64,000 bases of DNA. It comes from the human T2T-CHM13v2.0 reference genome, Homo sapiens. The position numbers and the translations under genes were made by a program. This document shows, piece by piece, positions 54,744 to 64,000 of this stretch; positions within the stretch are counted from its first letter, which is position 1, and every line of letters starts with the position of its first letter. The notes below the pieces were generated by a model. It saw only the letters and a program-made list of their open reading frames with translations. It did not search any database and was not told the origin of the DNA. The stretch lies in NCBI RefSeq assembly GCF_009914755.1, contig NC_060936.1; one strand, 5' to 3'.

Positions 54744-55781
54744 GAAAAAGGTATAGAGAGGCAGTGAGCTAACAGATAACAGCATCTGTTCTTGTAATTG
54801 AGATAATGAAAATATGGACTTCACTAATCTTTCTCCTCCAAATACATCTATATAAGGCCTATACAAAGCTACTAGCGCTCAGGAATGTTGGAAGGCCAAA
54901 GGGGCTGAGTCCAGCCACCATCATTCATAATAGGTCTAAGGAGTTATCTATATACTGTCTTCTTTAGTGAAACTTTATTTGAACTTCAAGTCCCATAACT
55001 TTAAAGGGAAAATTAGATTTTTTTTTAGACACTGGCTGTTATGATAATTCAGTATGCAAAAAAAAAAGGCTAAGATGTGCTAAAGAAAATTGTGTTGTCC
55101 ATCAAAGATATTCCTTCTTTCTTATATTTCTTCACTCATTCATTTACTCAATATTAACAGAGCAAAAACATATGTCAGGCAGTATCTAGAAAATGCCAAC
55201 CAGCTCCACATGTCCTCCCCAACAGCCCCCAACAAAACAAACAGTAATAAGCGAATATAATTTGGTGGACACGAGTGAAAATGCCAGATGATTAAATTAC
55301 TGGAGTACACTTCCAAAGAAGATTTTGAATAGGCAACAGCGAGCAAGGCCAAGTCCTCAGTCGGCTGGTCAAGTACCTATCTGCCTGAAAGCAGTAGTCA
55401 AGACCTCTTTAGGTCTCTTGATCTGTGCTTTGTAATTGCACTTAGAATAAGAGATTAAATGCAAATTGACCTCTGCCAAATATCTTCTCCAACCAATATA
55501 AAGAGGCCACTAAGATTCCATTTAATAACAGACAAACACAGTCACTCATAAAGGTAAAAATGAACACTTTACCTATTGTCATCTACAATGTACTAAGTAT
55601 TTTGTGTATATATTAACTCATTAAATCTCACTCACAATCTTCTGAAATTTATTCACAACTTTATGAATGAATGCAACAAATCAAAAGGTAGTGAATTTAA
55701 CTGCAAGTTTTCATCCAGATGCTTAATACTATTTAGTCGAAATATCTATTGACACCCTTCAGTAGTCAAAATCTAACTTAC

Positions 55782-55907
55782 CCTTGCCATATCCACCAAG
55801 AAGTTCTCAAATAATTTCCAAATGTGGTTACTTGTATAGATTTCTTTCATTTCCACTTCAGTGTCAACATAACAGTGATTAACAAAGTTCACATAAGCAA
55901 TTTTAAC
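55782..55907 (-). CDS. ITPR2: ITPR2 coding exon, 126 nt, phase 0/0 ([24 protein letters not shown]...LVDMAR); absent from ORF track
   Basis: Manual minus-strand translation; acceptor gcacag|GTT, donor AGG|gtaagt. Confidence 0.97.
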
Positions 55908-56668
55908 CTGTGCAAGTTTCAAATACAAAAGAAAGTTAGTTTTCTTTATTGATGACTTTCAAATATCAATTATGAAAGGTTAACATAAAATCTGTTAGTT
56001 TTTATGGTAGATCATAGCATAGTTTTGTCTATCCAGAAAGTATTCTCATTTCTCTTCTTTTGCTAACAGTCCACTGACCTAAGGGTGAAAACACGGGGCC
56101 TAGTACTCCATCCCCCTGGGCCAACCATTGCTGTGAGAAAGAACTTTATGCAAAACAAGCCTATCATATTTGAGATACAAGGAGTCAAAAGCAACCTCTC
56201 CTTCCTCTCCTTTTCCCTTTCTTTCTTCTTCCCCTCTCCTTCCCTCCCCTCCAATCCCCTCCCAACAGTAGAAAAGAAAGACATTATCGCAATGTACATT
56301 CCTGGATGCCTCATTAATAGAAGCCTATTGGCAGACAACCAGCTGCTACTGAGACTTTTTCTATCATCAGAAACAAACTAGGACAGAGGGTAAATGATGT
56401 GGGAATAAAGCAAACTGTGTGTGCATATTTTCAAGAATGCATCTATTCCATAAAGCCAGGTAAACCTGCAGAGTCTTTTATGTGGTCCTGCAGCACTATC
56501 CTAGCCTCTCCAATCAATGGTTATGAATAATTTTTGAAGCACCTGTTTTATGCTCAAGTACATACTAAAGTTTCAAGTAAACCTTTCAGTTTGATCATAT
56601 GGCCATGTTTAGAATTGAAGAGAGCTGTCTAGTAGCTTCCACTAAACTAGCAGTGGCTATAGTTCTTA

Positions 56669-57047
<379 letters not shown>

Positions 57048-57199
57048 TTACATTTTCCAAATTATATAGTTAAATACAATTCCCTGACTAAATATATGAT
57101 CTCATTATAAATATTAGTATGGGGGACTTCTGGCACCTAGATAAACTTCAAAAATTAATAATGATTCTATTAGAGCTGCTAAGCTTTTGCCAGGCTTAC

Positions 57200-57451
57200 C
57201 TCAGGGATGCAGTCATCATGGGTCACCACCCTCACTATGTCGTCCAGCGGGAGAAGGGAATTACACTTGATTTCAGTGTAGACATTTTTCCCCTCTGTGC
57301 ATGCTGCCAGCAACTCCACCAGGGTGATGTGGTAGGCTAAGGGGCCACTCTCATCCCCTCGGTCTCTCTCTGAACACATCATATGGAGAAGGATTGGAAA
57401 TGATGCTCTATCATTGTAAAATATCAGCACGTCTTCACCCCCATTTATCAA
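57200..57451 (-). CDS. ITPR2: ITPR2 coding exon, 252 nt, phase 0/0 ([11 protein letters not shown]...HDDCIPE)
   Basis: Acceptor atttcag|TTG, donor GAG|gtaagc; contains the invariant IP3R peptide [20 protein letters not shown]. Confidence 0.98.
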
Positions 57452-59461
57452 CTGAAATGATAATAAGAGAGTCTATGTAGCAGTCCGAACATTCATCCTT
57501 GCAGTTATTTCCAAAGGCTTGATATATCTGGAAACACGTATATCTCTTCGTAAAAACATATATAATACGGCAAAGACAGAGCTATGCTTGGGGAGGGTGG
57601 TGACAAGATTATGGTCCCATGCCAAGGAACCAGCTATGAACGCTATCAAAACCAGTTGAGGCGATGTGGAAGCAGCAGATAGGGCAAGAATGAAACAACA
57701 TGGATGAAAGTAAATTGTTCATCACACTGAAATTAAACCTGTAAAAAAATAAAGTTATTTTCCTCTACTTTTTTTTGGGAGACTCCATGGCCAAAGCACA
57801 AGAAATCTCATAATTTTACTAAAGCAGAGTAAAATATCCTCATCCATTGCAATAATGACTACATAAGGAAGCAAGTACATTGAGCTAATTACAGCTCTAC
57901 AAAAGTCTACAAAATTCCATGTGTCATAAGAAGGCATCAGCAGAGAATGAAGGTAAAAGCAGAGATAAGAGAAATAAGTAGAAAACTAAAACCAAAAAAC
58001 CGAGAGAAACAAAGATATGAATAGGTAGGGTCTTTTAAGACATAAATTTTCCTTCACATTTTGTTTATATAATTTTAGTAGAAAATTCCATCAGGTGGCA
58101 GTTTTATTGTTCAAGCTCCATAGTATCTTATTGTCTATTATCAGTACCAATTTTCTAACCCCAGTGTGAGATACATTGGTGGGTAACTAAGGACATACAA
58201 TTTTTTTCTCTAGGTATTATATTTAAAGTGACAATATATTTAAATCTATAAGCCGATTCATTGGCTTACTTTGAAAGTGTTGTTGAAAGAGAATGTATGT
58301 GTATCAAAAATATGTATTATATATTAACATAATATTACAAATACTTCTTTGTGCACAGAAACACTTCACCCAACAGTATCATAGGGATGGTTTCACTGTT
58401 GCTGCTTCCCCATTCTAATTCTTTCCTTGCTGATCATAACACAAAATCCTTTAGTTCTCACATTTCCAGACAATGAAGAGCTAATGTGTAGGCAAATGCA
58501 GATAAGAAAAAGGTGCATTTTACAAGCTTAAAATGTTCCTTAAAATGTTTAATAACAATAATTTACATTTAAAAAAATTCAAGGCTTTAAGCTAAATTAA
58601 TTTTAAGATTTCTAAGTGGCAGGAGGGACTCCTTGAATCATTATGGAAATCTCCTCCATTCCCAAATTTAAGGTATGTCATAATGAAAATGCCCAGAAAC
58701 CAATAAAAATCTACCATGTAACTGTTTGGTAGCCATGGGTGGAAGCTCCCTTAACCCAAATGGGCCACTAGAGAACCATTTGGTCACAGAGCGGTGATTT
58801 AATCAACGGGCTCTTTAAGCTGCTACTTCTCCAATGTATCATACTTGCTTCCTAGTAACTTACTCATTACATAAATATCACTCAATGTCAAACATAAACA
58901 TGAAAAAGGCAAATAAAGAAATGAAGTACCTTCATCTATTCATTTGCTGAAATTTGTAACTTACTCTAAGTAGTAAGTTTCCACATGTTGTAAAAAAAAT
59001 CACTGTTAGGTAGTTTGTATTACTTAGTTTGATTCTCTTCAAAGCTTTCTGCAAATAGCAGCAGAGAACACCCATTCTATGTTTCAGAAACAGAGCAATA
59101 AAGGCACTGGAAAAGCACAGTTTAATCTGTCTTTCTTATATCATTGGAAACTTAAAAATATAAAATTTTGTCACTTTCATTCCAAACAATCGACAACATT
59201 TCATAGGATTTTACGCATTTTTTAAAATACACAAATTCATTATAGGTCAAAAAGAAAAACAAACTTAGAAAAATCATAAAACCAACTTAAGATATGTTGC
59301 TTCACTAAATTAAAGCAAAATATATTTGCACTTGAGTAGTCATGATTAAATTAAATAATTTTCCAAACCTATGTTGTTGGGGGCTTTTTCACTGTAATAG
59401 AAAATGCATATTTGAACATACTGTTTAGGTGAAGCTGATAAAAGGCAAACTGAGAACATAC

Positions 59462-59662
59462 CTCTGTCATTACCATATCCTGGCATTTCTTCACATATTT
59501 ACCATCTGCTTTTACAATTGTTTGCAAAAACCTCAGGTACTCCACGTGGCGGCCATGTGTCTCAATGCAGTGCACAAAGTGTTGTACAACTCTCTCGCTA
59601 ATTTCGTTGCACAGATGGTAATTGTTCATGAAGATGTGCCGCATGGTTTCTGCTTCAAGGAG
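59462..59662 (-). CDS. ITPR2: ITPR2 coding exon, 201 nt, phase 0/0 ([11 protein letters not shown]...CQDMVMTE)
   Basis: Acceptor gtgtttag|CTC, donor GAG|gtatgt; conserved IP3R sequence [11 protein letters not shown]. Confidence 0.97.
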
Positions 59663-60303
59663 CTAAACACAGAGGAACATGCCCTTGTAATTCTGACAAG
59701 ATCAATTTTCTATTCTACAGTACTTAGACTAATTGCCCTGCTTGTGATCAGTTTTATATTTTATACGAAGCCACAGTGAATTTTCTGTGCATGTCTTTCA
59801 AAAAATGCGATGAGATCATTAACCATTAAAAGAAAACTGAGCTCACAGAGGAATTTAGTTGGAGAAAGGAGCTTATTATCATAAAGTGCAACATATTGGC
59901 AACAGTATTCTTGAGACTAATTATGAATTCAAAATTAGGTCTTCCATAAAATCTGCTCAAACACATTTTACAGACAAGGGCAAACTCCACCTCTGAGTTT
60001 TCCATATTTACCTTACTCATGGTATTGTGAGTTAGTTCTTTGTTCTACCATATCTTTTCCCTAACATTTAACTATATACGTATAAAATACATTGTCATTT
60101 GCATGTAAAACTTGTGCAATTTTTCAAGTTTCTTTAAAAGTTTCCTTAATGAAAAAAAAAAGATATTCACTTCTGGAGAGAGAATTTCCACAAGGAAAAA
60201 AAAATGAAGCAAGGAAGTGTAACAAAATTCTCTTCATGAATGTTACTGAGACAAATTTGATGCACACTTTACTAGAAATATTAGAAGCCACTAAAATACT
60301 TAC

Positions 60304-60426
60304 ACCTGGAGTTAAAAACAAATTCAGATGTTTATGAAGAAGAACTTGATTCTGTGGATTTCCTCGACAGAAATTCTGCAGAAATGTATGGGCTAGATTC
60401 ATTACTTCATTCATCTTTTCATCATT
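60304..60426 (-). CDS. ITPR2: ITPR2 coding exon, 123 nt, phase 0/0 ([13 protein letters not shown]...LNLFLTPG)
   Basis: Acceptor ttacag|AAT, donor GGT|gtaagt; RIH-type motif [20 protein letters not shown]. Confidence 0.97.
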
Positions 60427-60489
60427 CTGTAAGTTAAAGAATAGCACATGATAGAAACAAACATAGGAGACAGCAAATGTTATGCAAAA

Positions 60490-61300
60490 ATCTCTCCTTC
60501 ACCCACATACCATTTTTCTCTCTGCCCATCTTTGATCTCCTTTCTCTGTGTCCTTTATGTTTCACACCTCTCCCAGTTTCCCCTCCTGTCCCTCTTCTCT
60601 GTTTTCTAGATCTTTCTCACCTTCTCTTGGTTATTCCTCCTGATTCTATTCTGCTCTACTTTTCCAATGCCCCCTTCATTTCACAGCCCTTCTCTTTCTC
60701 CCCAATCTTTCCAACTGTCCACCACGTTTCCTCATCTCTGTACATAGCCACCTTTTCCTCCTCTGCTTTATCTCCACACCTCCTCTGTCCTCCTTTCTTC
60801 TCTGTCCCTATCTTTCTCTGTTTCTCCTCCCTTCTCTGCTGTACTCCCCAGTCCCCATAATTCTTCCCTTCCTTTAAATGTCTCATTTTGCAGTATGCCT
60901 ATATCTCCATCATGCTGCTTCTATTCTTGTCTCTCTTTCCCTACTCTATTTCACTCTCTTTCTCATACATCTTCCTTTCCTACTCTTTCTCCCACATCTA
61001 TTCCATCTCCTCTCTTCTTTTCCTCTTTTCCTATCTATTATTTCTTCTGCTCCCATCCCCTTTTCTCCTGCTCTGCTCTCACTCTATTTCCTCTCTATTC
61101 AAACTTCCTCTCTTCCTCCACTCTGTCAATCTTCTCTGTATATATATTTATTACTCACTCATCTCAGTTCTTCCTCTCTCCAATCTCTCTGTCCCTTCCT
61201 TTTGCTATTTACCTTGTCTCTTATTTCCACCTATTTCTTTTTCTTTTCCTCTTTGCTTTCTCTTCTATTTTCTCCTCCTTTTTGTCCCCCTCTTTCTTAA
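60490..61300. repeat. ~800-bp aperiodic pyrimidine-rich (plus strand) low-complexity tract
   Basis: Strong C/T excess; explains the overlapping L/S/F/P-rich ORFs. Confidence 0.85.
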
Positions 61301-61574
61301 CACTCTTAATAGTGAATATCCTTATTCATTGCCATTTTCCAAAGTCCTATACTAAGCTACTATCATTTGATTATAAGAATCTTAACAAGAAACTTAAGTC
61401 TCAAAATTCACAGAGAAGCAAATTTGTCTTCTTAAAAGTGGTCTTGTGACAACATCAGTGAAACTACCTAAAATTTCCCCATGTAGTTGATTGTACCATT
61501 TGTCATGTGGGCATTGTTACGAATTCAGATGGACTCATGTTTTCAGTGGTATTTTATATTAATATTAAATAAAT

Positions 61575-62675
61575 TTCTACATGCACCTATACATATGCAT
61601 ATTCCCTAGCTTTGCCTATTTAGAGGGCCTATGGGGGCAACACCCCAAAGCAATAAGAACTGAGAACTCAGTTCTCAGAACTTTGCTCCTAAATACCATT
61701 TCCCACCAAATGGAAATGGGGCCTCTTGAAGAAATGGCTGATTCTAGAGTCGAAGCAAGGAGAATACAAGATGAACCTGGAACATTTTATTGTGCCAGAA
61801 AGCAAGGAAGTAATCAAAGAATGGTGGGGGTGATGTTAGAAGACAGATAGTCTAGCTCAAAGGAACTCCACTGGTCAAATCTGAGACAATCTGGAAATCA
61901 AAATAAATAATGATAGAACCCTTTATAACCTATTGAATAAAATGAATATATACAAACCCATACTGATAAAAATAAACACAATAAATGAATAAGTTGAAAG
62001 TTTGATGAAGAATGGGATATTTACTTAGTTTCACAGAACTGCTCCACAAAATACCTATTAATTACAAGGGAATTACAAAGGGAAAAATCAGAGAAACCTG
62101 GCAGACACAACCTCAATCAATTGATCAAAGTGAACATCATCAGTCATGGGACAAATCAAAATCGTGCACCAACAAATAGGAAGCAATGAGACGAACACAG
62201 CATCACTCCGGTTATGTCCCTGCCAAAGATGCCTAACTGTATTAATCACGAGGAAACATCAGATGATCCACATTAAAGGACATCCTTCAAAATAACTGGT
62301 TATTTTCAAGAGTGTCAATGTCATGGGAGTTCCCACATGAAGAGATTTAAATAAACATGACAACCGAATAGCGCATGATTCTGAAGTGGATCTTTTTTTC
62401 AAGTCGAAAACAATTGGGACAAAGGGAGAAATCTGAGTAGCGTGTAGGGACTAGGTGGCAGTAAAGTGCCTTGCTCTTTCCTGATATGGAAGACTCTAGT
62501 GTGGTGACATGGTAGTGTACCCTTGTTTGTAGAAAACATACACAAAAGGGCTCAGGGGTGATGGGGCACCTGGTGGGTGATTTATTCTAAAATAATTAAG
62601 AAAGAAAAAATTTCTTGGAACTTTGCAAAACATTTGAAATTGTATCAAAATAAAAAGCTAAAGAACAAAAAATAA
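61575..62675 (+). mobile_element. L1MC-type 3' UTR (L1MC4-like)
   Basis: AATACCATTTCCCACCAAA...GAAATGGCTGATTCTAG...TACAAGATGAACCTGGAACAT...TTTGAAATTGTATCAAAATAAAAAG. Confidence 0.75.
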
Positions 62676-62686
62676 CCAGGACTAAC

Positions 62687-62812
62687 CTTTTCATAGGGTA
62701 TCTGCAGAAGATCCAACACCACCGAATGCGCCCCCATATTTTTCAGTAATCGTTGATGTTGATTCCGACACTTTTTATTCTGCACACAGAGTTTACTTAG
62801 CCTGATCAAAAT
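62687..62812 (-). CDS. ITPR2: ITPR2 coding exon, 126 nt, phase 0/0 ([14 protein letters not shown]...LLQIPYEK)
   Basis: Acceptor ttttaaag|ATT, donor AAG|gttagt; IP3R motif [21 protein letters not shown]. Confidence 0.97.
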
Positions 62813-62933
62813 CTTTAAAAGGAAGAGGGAAAGCATCAAATATAATAAATAACAATATTAAGTATAATATATAAGCAAAACTTATTTGGCATGCAAATAT
62901 AAACCTATATAAGAATATTTTGTATCTGCTGAC

Positions 62934-63023
62934 CTCCTTTACAATCCGGTAGTTATTGCTCTTGTTGCTGTCAATCTGAGGTTTCTTTGTTCCATCCTGC
63001 ACTGGACTTAAAATGTTTGATTC
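62934..63023 (-). CDS. ITPR2: ITPR2 internal coding exon, 90 nt, phase 0/0 (ESNILSPVQDGTKKPQIDSNKSNNYRIVKE)
   Basis: Acceptor cttttag|GAA, donor GAG|gtcagc; translation matches recalled IP3R2 protein and joins the next exon in frame. Confidence 0.96.
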
Positions 63024-63774
63024 CTAAAAGGAACACAAATATGTACTTTTATGCCATTTGTAGCTTTGTGTTACATTTATTTCTTTTGTATTAAATAATA
63101 AATATATTTTGTAATTATTTTGTAATAAATCTATTATTCAACTTAAATGTTTCTTTTGTACTTTTTTATTGCATAAAAAGTTCCTTGGCTTGACTGAGCC
63201 ATGCAAATTACCGCTACCCAGTGAGAACCCAATGACAAGTTAACTGGAATGACCTATAATTATATGAGTTAAATTGTAAAGTTTTCATACATATTATTAG
63301 TGCATATCCATATGAGACATATATATCTCAGACATGCTGTGGCTTTATATTGCCTATATGAGAAGAAATAGTGAAAATACAGGGCATAAAAGATAATTTA
63401 ATCACTAGGAATGAACTGCAAGAAAAAAAGAGTGATGGAGCAGATCATCATAGCTGAGCACATCTCAGAGAAGGGAGCAAAGAACAACTTAACACAACAA
63501 TTCTCTGACAGGTTACCATGGCATCCTTAAGAGTCACGACTCCGGGCCAACATACAGAACCATGAAAATGAAGAGAGAAAAATAAAAAGCAAATTAAAAT
63601 AAAATGTTTAAATTACCAAATTAATAAAGCTTATTAAGAAAACCTGAAACACCAAAGATACTTAATTATAATAACTATTATCTGTAGTATCACAAATATG
63701 GGGAGTGGACATATTTGAAACATCAACTACTGGCGTCACCTTATGAAAATCAAACACCAGTGACAAAAAATTCC

Positions 63775-63920
63775 ACTCTGAACATTTATGAAGATGTCAT
63801 GCACACCTGGCACTAGACTATGGTGAATGGATCTAAAAGGGATACAAAGAAGATATGGTCCTTCTCACAAGAAAATTACAGTCTGCCTAAGAAAACAGGG
63901 AGAAATATATCAATAAAGAT
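63775..63920 (-). mobile_element. L2 3' fragment
   Basis: AACATTTATGAAG...CCTGGCACTAGACTA...ATATGGTCCTTCTCACAAG. Confidence 0.5.
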
Positions 63921-64000
63921 TTGAACTGGGCAGAATTCACTATTCAGAAAGAGAGAGAAAGAGAACAGCTGCAGCTTTAGACAAGTTTACGAAGGAGGTC

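Noticed and set aside
58610-58775. Possible terminal inverted repeat TTCTAAGTGGC ... GCCACTAGAGAA
   Set aside because: Too short and imperfect to support a MITE call by eye
59429-59779. 116-aa plus-strand ORF, and similar ones at 57119 and 16516
   Set aside because: Antisense shadows of ITPR2 exons; no independent evidence
60477-61449. Several overlapping 127-184 aa L/S/F/P-rich ORFs resembling membrane proteins
   Set aside because: Open in all three frames because of C/T bias; low-complexity artefact

Overview
Human-like (primate, Alu-rich, AT-rich) genomic DNA lying entirely inside one large minus-strand gene, the inositol 1,4,5-trisphosphate receptor type 2 (ITPR2). I resolved 11 coding exons (63023 down to 10574), all with GT-AG ends and consistent phases. 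They splice into a stop-free 1611-nt / 537-aa stretch of the central coupling/ARM region (ESNILSPVQD...EKKDSFVEE). From memory this is roughly aa 1155-1691; that numbering is not verifiable here. The rest is intronic and packed with Alu, L1, L2, MIR, CR1, MaLR/ERV LTRs, hAT MITEs and microsatellites, and most ORF-track entries are repeat or low-complexity artefacts. I found no CRISPR array, operon-like arrangement or clearly new gene system. The most notable non-obvious items are: an old ~285-bp mitochondrial insertion (ND2 3' end, tRNA-Trp/Ala/Asn) nested in a MER31-like LTR; an ~830-bp polypurine tract enclosed by the target-site duplication of a fossil Alu monomer; a perfect 20-bp hairpin in unique sequence; a twin-primed inverted L1; two hAT MITEs sharing a triplicated target site; and candidate in-frame cryptic exons. 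Repeat subfamily names come from remembered consensus sequences, and boundaries of old repeats are approximate.
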